A program made the position numbers and the translations under genes. DNA of 51,145 nucleotides, from contig CAILIB010000015.1 of NCBI GenBank assembly GCA_903834195.1, positions 1-51,145 on the forward strand. The letters are read 5' to 3'. Below, piece after piece: positions 25,678 to 35,645 of the stretch; the stretch's first letter is position 1; every line of letters starts with the position of its first letter. This DNA is from an uncultured Candidatus Berkelbacteria bacterium (lineage in GTDB: Bacteria; Patescibacteriota; UBA1384; CAILIB01). Under the pieces are notes generated by a model, which ran no database searches, was not told where the DNA came from, and worked only from the letters and a program-made list of their open reading frames with translations.

Positions 25678-27459
25678 ATGCCAAATCAAACTGAATGGAA
25701 TTTATCACTCTTAGTTCCGGATTTTTCTTCCGAGACGGTAGAACGTGAAAAACAGGCGCGAACAGCGGTAATTCAAACATTTATTCAGAAATGGAAAAGC
25801 GATACTTCATACCTAACAGATGTAGTGAAGCTTCGAGAGGCCCTCGATGAAGTAGAGGCAATTCTGCGAACTGGTGGTGTGGGTGGTGATATGAGTTACG
25901 CCATCGGGCTCTACGCTGTTTTAGATGAGGCAAGTGCTGAACGTCGAGGACTAAGTAATAATTTCGACGAGTTTGAGCGTAAGCTCCATAATGAGTGGCT
26001 CTTTTTCTTTTTGAACCTGAGTAAAGTGCCTGTTGTGCAACAAGAGATATTTCTTGCAGCGCCCGAACTTGAGAAGTATCACACATACTTAGTTGATTCG
26101 TTTGAGGAAGGGTCTCATTTACTCACAGAACTTGAAGAGAAGCTTGATTCGCTTAAATCAGGAGTAAGTTACCGAAAATGGGAAGACATGACTTCTGGGT
26201 TAATTTCAGCAGAAACTCGCATGGTTGCGGGCGTGGAGAAAACATTTGAAGAGTTGTTGAGTTTAATGAGTGATCCTAATAAAGAGATTCGGGACGAGGC
26301 GGCTGCGGGAATTCACTCAATAACTCACCAATACCGCAAAGTTGCAGAGAATGAGATTAATGCCATTCTTGAGAATAAGAAAATTGAAGATGATTTACGG
26401 GGCTGGGAGTATCCAGAATCACATCGGCTGTTTAGTGATGGGATTTCCAAAGAGGTTGTTGATGCAATGACAGAGGTGGTGGCAGGAGCCAATAGTGTTG
26501 CTCAAGAGTACTACGCACTAAAGGCACAAGTTCTTGGTGTAAAAAAGCTTGCCTACCATGAGCGTGGACTTTCGGTGGCTGAGGTTGAAAAAGAATATCT
26601 CTATGAAGATGCATTTGCCTTGGTAAAGAAGGTAGTTGGTCAACTAGACCCAGAGTTTGCTGAAATATTTGAAGGGTTCTCTACTAATGGCCAGATTGAC
26701 GTATTTCCTCGTAAAGGAAAGCGTGGTGGGGCTGCGTGTTGGCATAACGATATTGCACAGCCAACCTACATTTTGCTCAATCACACCAATAAAATTGGTG
26801 ATGTTACTACGTTGGCACATGAACTGGGTCATGGGATTAATAATGAGATGATGCGCCAAAAACAGCATGCGCTGTATTTTTCGACACCTATTTCTACAGC
26901 TGAAGTTGCAAGTACCTTCATGGAAGACTTTGTCTTGCGGGAAATAATGCAAGAAGCTACTCAAGAAGAGCGGTTGGCGCTTTTATTTGAAAAGATGGAC
27001 GATGTAGTTTCAACTATCTTCCGCCAAGTTGCGTGCTACAGGTTTGAACAATCCCTTCATGCTGCTTTTAGAACAAAAGGTTATGTTTCGGCTGAAGAAA
27101 TTGGACAGCTTTTCCAAGCGCAAATGGCTGCCTACATGGGTGACGCTGTGGAACAATCTGAAGGTGCTGAGAACTGGTGGGTGTACTGGAGTCATATTCG
27201 TTCATTCTTCTACGTATATTCTTATGCGAGCGGACTGTTAATTTCCATGGCATTACAGGCAAAGACTCGAGAAAATCCTGCATTTATTGCTCAGGTGAAA
27301 GAGTTTCTTTCTGCAGGATGTTCGGCGCGAGCTGAGGAGGTGTTTAAGAAGGCGGGCATTGATATTACCCAACGGTCTTTCTGGGAGTCTGGCATTGCTG
27401 AGTTGCGCGAATTGTTAGAAGAAACGAGGGAATTATCACGTCAGCTAGGGAAGATCTAG
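25678..27459 (+). CDS. pepF: M3-family oligoendopeptidase F
   Basis: 'WNLSLL', 'GKRGGA', 'TLAHELGHG', 'AEVASTFME', 'HIRSFFYVYSYASG'. Confidence 0.92.
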   Translation: MPNQTEWNLSLLVPDFSSETVEREKQARTAVIQTFIQKWKSDTSYLTDVVKLREALDEVEAILRTGGVGGDMSYAIGLYAVLDEASAERRGLSNNFDEFERKLHNEWLFFFLNLSKVPVVQQEIFLAAPELEKYHTYLVDSFEEGSHLLTELEEKLDSLKSGVSYRKWEDMTSGLISAETRMVAGVEKTFEELLSLMSDPNKEIRDEAAAGIHSITHQYRKVAENEINAILENKKIEDDLRGWEYPESHRLFSDGISKEVVDAMTEVVAGANSVAQEYYALKAQVLGVKKLAYHERGLSVAEVEKEYLYEDAFALVKKVVGQLDPEFAEIFEGFSTNGQIDVFPRKGKRGGAACWHNDIAQPTYILLNHTNKIGDVTTLAHELGHGINNEMMRQKQHALYFSTPISTAEVASTFMEDFVLREIMQEATQEERLALLFEKMDDVVSTIFRQVACYRFEQSLHAAFRTKGYVSAEEIGQLFQAQMAAYMGDAVEQSEGAENWWVYWSHIRSFFYVYSYASGLLISMALQAKTRENPAFIAQVKEFLSAGCSARAEEVFKKAGIDITQRSFWESGIAELRELLEETRELSRQLGKI

Positions 27460-27487
27460 TATTCCCGATTTTTGAGAAGTGAGAATA

Positions 27488-27516
27488 TTGACATAATTCT
27501 GTACATATTCTACTGT
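27488..27516 (+). promoter_or_regulatory. Sigma70 promoter of the Phd-RelE operon (probably leaderless)
   Basis: TTGACA (27488-27493), 17 bp, TACTGT (27511-27516), ATG at 27523. Confidence 0.65.
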
Positions 27517-27522
27517 CTTACT

Positions 27523-27795
27523 ATGGAAACTAAGACAACGATTTCAAGTACAGAGGCTCGACAAAAGTTCGCAGAGATTTTAGATTCTCTCGAGAACTCA
27601 GGTCAAACCTATACACTTACGGTAAATGGTAAAGCTAAGGCAGTACTTGTTAATGCTGAAGAATTTGAGGCGATGCAAGAGACGCTCGAAATTATGAGTG
27701 ACCCAGCTGCAATTAAGGCAATCAAGAAGAGCTTAAAACAGATTGAGGATGGTGAAGTAATTTCTCTGGAGGAGCTACTTGGAGCCGGAATTTAA
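27523..27795 (+). CDS. Phd/YefM-family antitoxin
   Basis: 'ISSTEARQKFAEILD...LTVNGKAKAVLVNAEEFEAMQETLEIMSD'. Confidence 0.9.
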   Translation: METKTTISSTEARQKFAEILDSLENSGQTYTLTVNGKAKAVLVNAEEFEAMQETLEIMSDPAAIKAIKKSLKQIEDGEVISLEELLGAGI

Positions 27796-28048
27796 TACGT
27801 ACCAGGTTTTTCTCTCGCGTGAAGCTCAGAAAGAGTGGGGGAGAATACCTGTGGAATATAAAAATAGGGTACGTAAGGTTTTGTTGTATTTACAAACAGA
27901 CCCATTTTTTGGCAAGTCTCTTAAGGGTGAATTGCAGGGGTTATTATCGGCACGATGTTGGCCGTATCGAATACTCTACAGATTTAGTACCACATTACGT
28001 CGAGTAGATATTGTTCATATTGGCCATCGGCAAGGCGTGTATAAATGA
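27779..28048 (+). CDS. RelE/ParE-family toxin
   Basis: 'YQVFLSREAQKE...DPFFGKSLKGELQGLLSAR..PYRILY...IVHIGHRQGVYK'; overlaps the antitoxin. Confidence 0.9.
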   Translation: MEPEFNTYQVFLSREAQKEWGRIPVEYKNRVRKVLLYLQTDPFFGKSLKGELQGLLSARCWPYRILYRFSTTLRRVDIVHIGHRQGVYK

Positions 28049-28055
28049 AATATAA

Positions 28056-28094
28056 AAATACCCCTCTGTTGCTAACTGCTTCAGAGGGGTATTT
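28056..28094. terminator. Bidirectional terminator between relE and rnj
   Basis: aaatacccctctg / cagaggggtattt 13-bp inverted repeat between convergent genes. Confidence 0.8.
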
Positions 28095-28104
28095 CTTGGA
28101 GTGA

Positions 28105-30258
28105 TTAGACCTCAATAATAACTGGAATGATCATCGGCTCACGCTCAGTCTTCTGATAGAGCATCTTGGTGAGATAATCACGCAAATCATTCTTGATAGC
28201 GCCAAAGTCGTAGTTTGGCTTCTCAACTGCCGAAGTGAGAATTCGCTTAATTTCAAGGCGAACATCGTTCACAAACTTTTCATTCTCACGCATGTAGATG
28301 AATCCACGGGAAATGATATCAGGTGAGGTGATGAATTGCTTCTTCTTGGTATCGAATACGGTAATAACCACGAAGATGCCTTCTTGTGCCATCGCTTTAC
28401 GATCAGATAGAACGATGTTACCAACGTCTCCAACACCTAAACCGTCAACGATAACGTAGCCTGCAGGAACTGCTTCATCGGTAAGGTGAACCTTGCCAAG
28501 GTGATCCATTTCAATAACGCCACCGTTGTCACCAAGCATGATATTCTCGCTTTCAACACCAACTTCTTCAGCTAGTTGACCATGGAGGATACGCTTGTTG
28601 CGCTCACCGTGGAGCGGGATGAAGTACTTTGGATGCATGAGGGCAAGCATAAGCTTGAGCTCTTCTTGGTTGGCGTGACCAGTTGTGTGAACGTCGAGAG
28701 TCTTGTTGTACACAACGTTTGCACCAGCCTTATAGAGGAGATCCATAACAGAGCCAACCGACTTTTCGTTTCCAGGAATTGGAGAAGCCGAGATAATAAC
28801 TGTATCGCCACGCTTAATTTGAATAGTACGGTGTTCACCAGTTGCCATGCGGTGTAGGGCTGCTCGCTCTTCACCCTGTGCACCTGTACAGATGATCAAA
28901 AACTTTTCTTCAGGGAAACGGCCAGCTTCACGGTCTGAGATAAGTGTGTTAGGTGGAAATTGAATTGCTTTCAGGTTTACAGCCATTTCAACGTTCTGTT
29001 GAATTGATCGTCCAACAATCAGAACTTTGCGGCCTAATTTGGCAGCAACGTTGATGGTTTGTTGAATACGATTCAAGTTTGAGGCAAACATTGCCACAAT
29101 TACACGGCCGTTGGCACCTTCGATGGCGCGAGCAAGTGATTGTTCAACCACTTTTTCTGACATCGAGAAACCAGGCTTTTCAGCGTTGGTAGAGTCGGAA
29201 AAGAGAAGATCTACGCCACGTGAACCAATTGCAGCCAAGGTGCGGAAATCAACAGGCTTGTTGTCGGCAGGGGTGTAATCAAACTTCCAGTCAGTAGCGT
29301 AGACAAGACGGCCATTTGGAGTCTCAATTTCTAATCCAACTGCACCAGGTACAGAGTGATTGAGACGGAATGGTCGCACGCGAAACGCACCAAGTTGGAG
29401 AATGTCTTTCTCTGGTTCAATAACAATAGTCTTGTTTCGAGCAACTAAATTGAACTCTTCAAGACGATGTTTGACCATCCCAATAGTTACGGCAGTACCG
29501 TACATGGTTGGGAACCCAAGGCGTTCGACAAGATAGGGAACTGCACCGATGTGATCAAGGTGTCCGTGGGTGATAATGGCGCCACGAATCTTGTCCTTTT
29601 TGTCATCGAGGTAGGAAATGTCTGGGATGATGTAATCAACACCCAACATATCTGAATCTGGGAATAAGAATCCCATATCAATAACGAGAATGTCGTTACC
29701 ATACTCGAGGATTGTCATGTTCTTACCAATTTCCTCAAGACCACCAAGTGGAATCACGCGCAGACGAGGATTGTTTGGGTTGTGAGTAATGTACCCTTCA
29801 GTATTCTGTTGGTGGGCCAGGTTTGGCTGGCCACTTGAGAATCCACGAGAATCATGGGGACGAAACTCTCCTTGTGGACGAGGGTCCATTGGACGACGGT
29901 CATCACGACGTGGTCCGCGATCAGAGCGTGGTGGCATTCCCATGTGAGGGCGACCTGGTAGCGCTGCGCCATTTTTAGGGCGAGCAGCTTGGTAGAATGT
30001 AGTGCGCTCACTCTTTTGCTGAGCGGTTTCACCAGTTTCTTCAAGAGGACTGAGCGGTGGAATACTTTCTTGAGGCGCAGCTGTTCCAGTTGCTTCTTCT
30101 TCAGATTGAGGTTGGGTTTGACTTTCGCTCTGACCAAGATCTGGTTCCGAAATTGTAACTGGTTTATCCGATAAAACAGGTCGACGACGACGAGTATTTT
30201 TACGAGGAATGTTGTTTTCGTCGGAAAACGCATCCTTATTGTTGGTAATTATGTTCAT
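28105..30258 (-). CDS. rnj: Ribonuclease J with a long disordered N-terminal extension
   Basis: 'IPLGGLEEIGKNM', 'THGHLDHIG', 'DSTNA', 'CTGAQGE', 'HTTGHA', 'PLHGE', 'PMIIPVIIEV'. Confidence 0.96.
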   Translation of the reverse strand: MNIITNNKDAFSDENNIPRKNTRRRRPVLSDKPVTISEPDLGQSESQTQPQSEEEATGTAAPQESIPPLSPLEETGETAQQKSERTTFYQAARPKNGAALPGRPHMGMPPRSDRGPRRDDRRPMDPRPQGEFRPHDSRGFSSGQPNLAHQQNTEGYITHNPNNPRLRVIPLGGLEEIGKNMTILEYGNDILVIDMGFLFPDSDMLGVDYIIPDISYLDDKKDKIRGAIITHGHLDHIGAVPYLVERLGFPTMYGTAVTIGMVKHRLEEFNLVARNKTIVIEPEKDILQLGAFRVRPFRLNHSVPGAVGLEIETPNGRLVYATDWKFDYTPADNKPVDFRTLAAIGSRGVDLLFSDSTNAEKPGFSMSEKVVEQSLARAIEGANGRVIVAMFASNLNRIQQTINVAAKLGRKVLIVGRSIQQNVEMAVNLKAIQFPPNTLISDREAGRFPEEKFLIICTGAQGEERAALHRMATGEHRTIQIKRGDTVIISASPIPGNEKSVGSVMDLLYKAGANVVYNKTLDVHTTGHANQEELKLMLALMHPKYFIPLHGERNKRILHGQLAEEVGVESENIMLGDNGGVIEMDHLGKVHLTDEAVPAGYVIVDGLGVGDVGNIVLSDRKAMAQEGIFVVITVFDTKKKQFITSPDIISRGFIYMRENEKFVNDVRLEIKRILTSAVEKPNYDFGAIKNDLRDYLTKMLYQKTEREPMIIPVIIEV

Positions 30259-30277
30259 ATATTTTTTAGTAGGAGAT

Positions 30278-30871
30278 CTAGTGTGTTTGTGTAAGATTTT
30301 GTAAAAGGGTTGGAATTGTGAGGAAATCTTCAGCCAGCGTAGTTTTCATTCCTCCGTTATAGAGGGCAACCGCTGGGTGATAGAGAGGAAGAAAATGTTG
30401 GTTGTTGTGAAATTGTGCGTGACCGTGCACCTCAGATATTTTTAGGTCAGGGATAAAGTGATTTAGTGCGTGTCTTCCCAAGGTGACAATAAGTTTTGGA
30501 TTAATAAGATCCAACTGATGGTCCAGGTATGTGGTTGCGCACACTACCTTTTCGAAAGGAAGGGGATCGCGGTTTCCAGGTGGCCGGCACTTAACGATGT
30601 TTGTTATGAAAACATCATCACGTGCTAACCCAATAGAAAGCAGCATTTGATCAAGAAGTTTTCCAGAGGCTCCGCAAAAAGGGACGCCGTGTACGTCTTC
30701 ATTCTTACCCGGGCCCTCGCCAATGAATACAATCTCAGCCTTTAGGTTTCCTGATCCAGGAACTGCGTTCGTTCGGCCTTCGCAGAGGGTGCATAGTGTG
30801 CACGTTCTGATAGTTGAAGCGATGTTCTGGAGTTCAGTAACCGAGTCTATTGCCATAGCAAATAACGCCAA
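30278..30871 (-). CDS. Family 4 uracil-DNA glycosylase (Fe-S)
   Basis: 'CTLCTLC', 'IGEGPG', 'PFCG.SG', 'TNIVKCRPPGNRDP', 'YHPA'; exact start uncertain (ATG near 30856). Confidence 0.93.
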   Translation of the reverse strand: MALFAMAIDSVTELQNIASTIRTCTLCTLCEGRTNAVPGSGNLKAEIVFIGEGPGKNEDVHGVPFCGASGKLLDQMLLSIGLARDDVFITNIVKCRPPGNRDPLPFEKVVCATTYLDHQLDLINPKLIVTLGRHALNHFIPDLKISEVHGHAQFHNNQHFLPLYHPAVALYNGGMKTTLAEDFLTIPTLLQNLTQTH

Positions 30872-30974
30872 AAAGCGGAGAAGATTCAGTAAAGGAGATC
30901 AAATGAAGTATGTATAGAGTATAGGCCGAAAAGTTGTCTCTGTCAATCTGTGTATATACTTTTTGCACAGTGTC

Positions 30975-31271
30975 TTACTGAGTATCTTCGGTGCGAATTA
31001 TGAGTTTTACGCGCTCTACGAGAGGTAAATTTCGTGTAGTACTATACGTTCTAAGTGTTGTCACAAGTGGTCCTTCTATCCCTTTAACTTTTATGGTGTC
31101 TGCACGCTGGATAGCCAAGGTTAAAACTCCTGCTTTTATAGATACAGCTTTAAACATATCTGGGTATAGGCGCTCAGCTTCATGACACACCATACCAGCA
31201 GCGAGTGTTCTATCAAGACCTCCACTTGTGAACTTTTTTCCAGCAATTCCACCTGTTTTATTCCAACTCAT
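30975..31271 (-). CDS. Small hypothetical protein, possibly DciA/DUF721-like
   Basis: 98 aa; 'KAVSIKAGVLTLAI...' weakly resembles DUF721; lies at the end of the mre/mrdA run. Confidence 0.4.
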   Translation of the reverse strand: MSWNKTGGIAGKKFTSGGLDRTLAAGMVCHEAERLYPDMFKAVSIKAGVLTLAIQRADTIKVKGIEGPLVTTLRTYSTTRNLPLVERVKLIIRTEDTQ

Positions 31272-31280
31272 AACTGGTGA

Positions 31281-33281
31281 TTAGTGTTCGCCTCGGAAGT
31301 CGGCGCTCAGGTTCAGGCTCGAACTTAATTGTTGGCCAGGGGCAAGAGGTTCATTAAAGTAAGCTCGGAGAATTTCTTCACTTACCGGCACGCTCGAGTG
31401 ATAACTTTCGTCATCTCCTTCAAGAATTACCGACCACACAATCTGAGGTTTGTCATAAGGGGCGTATCCTACGTAGGATGTGTCATATGCTTGGTTGTGA
31501 ATTCCAACCTGGGCAGATCCAGTTTTACCAGCTGACTGTACTTGAAGAGTATTGAGAGGGCGTCCAGAACCAGTTAATACTACGTCACGCATACCTTGTT
31601 GGATTTCCTGAACATTAGCTGGGTCAATAAATCCACTGCGAACCACAGTTGGCGGAATTAAATCTTCTTTGCCAGTTTTAGGGTCAACGTATCCCTGGGC
31701 GATTTGTGGTTTATAGAGCGTGCCTCCGTTTGCAATCGCAGAAGTTGCGGCGGCAAGTTGTAATGGGGTTGTAAGGAAGTATCCCTGGCCAATTGATGCG
31801 TGGTATGTGTCTCCTAAGTACCAAGGCTCACCGATATTCTTTCGTTTCCAGGTATCATCAGCAAGTAGTCCGCTAGACTCAGAAGGTAAATCGACATTGG
31901 ATTTTGAGCCAAAGCCGAAAAGAGCCAAATATTGGTTCATGGTGTTAATACCGAGCCCTTTAATGTTGGCAGGAGCATATCCACCGCCAATGGCGTAGAA
32001 AAACACGTCGTTTGAGTCTTTGATTGCGGTTGCTACGGTTGAGGAATACGCAGTGTGGTGACAAGTCCAGTCTGGAAAGTTAAAGCTACCGACATTAATT
32101 GCGCATGGGGTTACCCAGCTAAAGTCTCGGGTAATTGTGCCGGCTTGAAGTGCTGCGGCTCCAACGAAAGGTTTAATCGTTGAGCCTGACGGGAATTGAC
32201 CCTGAATTGTACGGTTTAACAAAGGGTTTCCAGGTGCGTTCAGGAGAGCGTTATAGTCGGCTGTACTAATCCCATCAGCAAATTGCTGTGAGTTATAATC
32301 AGGGAGTGAGACCATGGCTAGCACAGCACCTGTATTTGGATCCATGATAACACCACTCAATCCTAGTGTTGGCTCTGGACCGAATTTAATGTCTCGGCGG
32401 GCTAATTCATTGCTTAGAGCTGTGTATAGGATATTTTGTAGCTTGAGATTTATATTCAGCTTAAGTGTTTTTCCAGGTTGAGCGTCTTGATCAGCACTAC
32501 TTGCCACAATTCGGACGATTTCTCCCTGCGCATTAACTTCAGCCTGTTGTTTACCAGGGGTGCCACTCAAAGCGTCGTTGTACTGTTTTTCTAGGCCTGT
32601 TTTGCCAACCTGCTCGTTTGGAGAGTGTCCATCAGTAACATCCTGCGTACTGGCAGTTCCAACGTAGCCGATAAGCTGTCCCTCTGAAGGAAAAGCGGTG
32701 TAGAGACGGGTTGGTGTTTCTTGTAAGACAACGCCAGGGGTGCTCGCAAACCATTCAGTGTAGAGAAGTTGATCTTGTTTGCTTAAGTTAATCTTAATCG
32801 GAAAACTATCCGGACTCGTTTTACGACTTTTCTCAATAAAGGTGATGGTGGCATCGTCGATGCCAGCCTTTTGTTTCAGAAGGGCATACACCGCTTCACG
32901 CTGAGCTTGATTGCTCGGGAGTGTTTGCGGATTAATCGCTAATGCCATGTGGCTACTGTTCTGGGTAAGAATCGTGCCATTAGCATCCTCAATAAGACCA
33001 CGATCGGCAGGTATGCTGAGGAATCGTACGGTATTTCCTTCAGCTTTAGCTCGGTTAAACTGAGCCCCTTTTACTTGAAGGAGATAGCACTGGACTCCAA
33101 TAACTGTGGCGATAATGCATCCGGTGAGTGCTAAGCCTGAAAATGAGCGGGGTTGTCGAACTTCTTCAACATCACCCTCAATACCGTCCAGTGGGGTGCT
33201 GTACTCAGTTGCGGTATCATCGCTTCGCTCTGCGCGTTGATCGCTACCTGTCGGATTACCGAAAAGATCAAATGAGTTCAT
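31281..33281 (-). CDS. mrdA: Penicillin-binding protein 2
   Basis: 'PADRGLIED', 'GKTGLEKQY', SxxK 'GSTIK', SxD 'SNDVFFY', 'GKTGSA'; downstream of mreBC. Confidence 0.92.
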   Translation of the reverse strand: MNSFDLFGNPTGSDQRAERSDDTATEYSTPLDGIEGDVEEVRQPRSFSGLALTGCIIATVIGVQCYLLQVKGAQFNRAKAEGNTVRFLSIPADRGLIEDANGTILTQNSSHMALAINPQTLPSNQAQREAVYALLKQKAGIDDATITFIEKSRKTSPDSFPIKINLSKQDQLLYTEWFASTPGVVLQETPTRLYTAFPSEGQLIGYVGTASTQDVTDGHSPNEQVGKTGLEKQYNDALSGTPGKQQAEVNAQGEIVRIVASSADQDAQPGKTLKLNINLKLQNILYTALSNELARRDIKFGPEPTLGLSGVIMDPNTGAVLAMVSLPDYNSQQFADGISTADYNALLNAPGNPLLNRTIQGQFPSGSTIKPFVGAAALQAGTITRDFSWVTPCAINVGSFNFPDWTCHHTAYSSTVATAIKDSNDVFFYAIGGGYAPANIKGLGINTMNQYLALFGFGSKSNVDLPSESSGLLADDTWKRKNIGEPWYLGDTYHASIGQGYFLTTPLQLAAATSAIANGGTLYKPQIAQGYVDPKTGKEDLIPPTVVRSGFIDPANVQEIQQGMRDVVLTGSGRPLNTLQVQSAGKTGSAQVGIHNQAYDTSYVGYAPYDKPQIVWSVILEGDDESYHSSVPVSEEILRAYFNEPLAPGQQLSSSLNLSADFRGEH

Positions 33282-33726
33282 ATTCTGCGTGACGGGTGCT
33301 GTGTTGGATGAATCCTCCGATTAAACCTGCTGCAAAGAGTGCAGTAAGTGACTGGGGAAGATAGTGAAAATATTGTCCAAGCGGAAGCATAAAGAGTGGA
33401 TATACAAGAATGAAGAGAACAAGGGCTACTATAAATCGGCCGAACTCAGAAGTAAAGCGAAAGAGGTCTCGAAATAAGAGTGCAAGACCATACAAAAATA
33501 CTGCTACTAAGCTTGCTGTGCCGAAGTGGTGATTATCGAGAAGTTCTATTCCTACAGTAATACCAAATAGGAGTGCACCAGGTGAAATGAGGCGAAGTTT
33601 AAAGAAGAATGTATAGAGTGAAATAGAGAAAACGAAGAGGGTGGCTGCAAGTTGCCAGCTTGTGAAGACGGTAAGTACGCACAAGATACAGAGGATGCCG
33701 AGTAACGTATTAGCGAATGCTTTCAT
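33268..33726 (-). CDS. mreD: Probable MreD-like membrane protein
   Basis: Highly hydrophobic 152-aa protein between mreC and PBP2; call rests mostly on synteny. Confidence 0.6.
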   Translation of the reverse strand: MKAFANTLLGILCILCVLTVFTSWQLAATLFVFSISLYTFFFKLRLISPGALLFGITVGIELLDNHHFGTASLVAVFLYGLALLFRDLFRFTSEFGRFIVALVLFILVYPLFMLPLGQYFHYLPQSLTALFAAGLIGGFIQHSTRHAEYELI

Positions 33727-33731
33727 GGTGG

Positions 33732-34520
33732 TTAGACTGTATCAACGAGCAGAATAAACATCGATTGCATGGTTGAAGGGTCGACAAGTTGTTCAATGGT
33801 AAAGCTTTGAGATGTGTCACTCTTAGCTGAAAGAGAAGCTCCAGTGTTACCAATCAAAATACCTTGAGGAAGGGTTCCACCGAGTCCGCTGGTTTCAACA
33901 ACACTCTTTACCGGGATAGTTACGCCCTGGCTGATGTAACTCAGTGTTGCTGTATTGCCTGTACCTGTAATCACTCCGAGTTGGTGGTCTGGGTCGATCC
34001 AGGCCTGAATAAGTGATTTTTGTGATCGAACAGAGCGTACAACAGCGCTGTGGTCGCGCACTGAGATTACTCGCCCGATCAGGACGCCTTGATTTACTGC
34101 TGGCTGACCAACTTTTACTCCATCAGAACTTCCAACGGTAATTGTGAATGTTGGATCGAGCGGGTCTGCATTGTTGTACAGTGCGATTTGAGCAAGGACT
34201 TTTGCTGTGTCGTGTACTATTCCGGTTACGCCAAGCTGCTTTCGTAAGTCAGCGTTTTCCTGTTTGATACTATTCTGATCAATCAGTTGTTGTTGGAGTG
34301 AAATAACCTGGCCTTCAAGGGTAGTATTTTGATCACGTAAATCACCTAACTGGTTGAAGTTGTTCACTGAGTTTCGTAACCCCGTACTATGTGTGACAAA
34401 AAAGTGAGCAACTGGTTTAACTACAGTAAGTGCTGTATCGCGAAGTTTGCTCACCAGAGTAATCGGGAGAACGAAGAGAACGAGTACGAGCCCAAGGTAA
34501 ATAATAAATCGGCGGGTCAT
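33732..34520 (-). CDS. mreC: Rod shape-determining protein MreC
   Basis: TM, coiled coil 'ENADLRKQL', 'GSSDGVKVGQP...LIGRV', 'TSGLGGTLPQGILIG'. Confidence 0.93.
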   Translation of the reverse strand: MTRRFIIYLGLVLVLFVLPITLVSKLRDTALTVVKPVAHFFVTHSTGLRNSVNNFNQLGDLRDQNTTLEGQVISLQQQLIDQNSIKQENADLRKQLGVTGIVHDTAKVLAQIALYNNADPLDPTFTITVGSSDGVKVGQPAVNQGVLIGRVISVRDHSAVVRSVRSQKSLIQAWIDPDHQLGVITGTGNTATLSYISQGVTIPVKSVVETSGLGGTLPQGILIGNTGASLSAKSDTSQSFTIEQLVDPSTMQSMFILLVDTV

Positions 34521-34529
34521 AATGACAGC

Positions 34530-35585
34530 CTAACGATATACAGTAGGAAGGAGTACTTCTTGGAGGTGATCGAGGTTCTCCAGAACTTGACCTGTTCCAC
34601 GTGCTACACAAGAAAGAGGGTCCTCGGCAATGTAGACGGGCATATGTGTTGCTTCTTGTAAGAGCTTATCAAGTCCACGTAGAAGTGCACCACCACCAGC
34701 AAGAATAATTCCACGATCCATAATATCAGCGAGAAGTTCAGGCGGAGTTTCTTCAACGGTGAGTTTCACCGCATCTACGATGGCTGCAACCGACTTGGTG
34801 AGTGCTTTACGGATTTCCTCGTCACTAATAGCGATTTCTTTTGGAAGTCCAGATATAAGGTCGCGTCCACGCATTGGAAATGTCATGCGCTCGGCAAGCG
34901 GATATGCAGAACCGATAGCAATTTTAATATCTTCAGCCGTTCGTTCTCCGAGAAGTAAATTAAACTGGTCGCGTGCGTAGCTGATAATGTCGTCATTAAG
35001 TTCGTCTCCTGCAACACGAAGTGAGCGAGATGTTACGATTCCTCCTAAGCTGATAACAGCAACTTCTGTTGTTCCTCCACCAATGTCAACAATCATGCTT
35101 CCAGTTGCATCTTGAACCGGAAGGGTGGCACCAATGGCGGCTGCCATCGGTTCTTCTATGAGAAATACCTGGCGTGCTCCTGCGTTCAGTGCGGCTTCTT
35201 CTACTGCGCGTCGCTCAACTTCGGTGACACCATATGGGATACCAACAACCACACGAGGACGAGGGGCGAGGGATAGAAAACGGCTCTTGTGAACCTTTTC
35301 AATAAAATACTTCAACATGGCTTCAGTGACTTCAAAGTCAGAAATTACCCCATCAACGAGCGGGCGGATAGCAACGATGTGAGATGGTGTACGCCCAACC
35401 ATCTTTTTTGCTTCATCACCAATAGCAAGAACTTGTTTAGTTTTCTTGTTGATTGCTACAACACTTGGTTCATTAATAACAACGCCCTTGCCGCGTACGT
35501 AGACGAGGGAATAGGCGGTACCAAGGTCGATACCAATGTCTTGCGATAGTTTGCCGAGGATGCGGTCGAGTGGGCGGAATTGCAT
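34530..35585 (-). CDS. mreB: Rod shape-determining protein MreB
   Basis: 'IGIDLGTA', 'EPSVVA', 'IRPLVDGVISDF', 'EEPMAAAIG', 'DIGGGTTEVA', 'GGGALL'. Confidence 0.98.
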   Translation of the reverse strand: MQFRPLDRILGKLSQDIGIDLGTAYSLVYVRGKGVVINEPSVVAINKKTKQVLAIGDEAKKMVGRTPSHIVAIRPLVDGVISDFEVTEAMLKYFIEKVHKSRFLSLAPRPRVVVGIPYGVTEVERRAVEEAALNAGARQVFLIEEPMAAAIGATLPVQDATGSMIVDIGGGTTEVAVISLGGIVTSRSLRVAGDELNDDIISYARDQFNLLLGERTAEDIKIAIGSAYPLAERMTFPMRGRDLISGLPKEIAISDEEIRKALTKSVAAIVDAVKLTVEETPPELLADIMDRGIILAGGGALLRGLDKLLQEATHMPVYIAEDPLSCVARGTGQVLENLDHLQEVLLPTVYR

Positions 35586-35645
35586 ATGAATACAGGGTAG
35601 CAGATGGAGGGCGTTCGTTCCAGGGTCAGCTAACTTAGAAACAGG

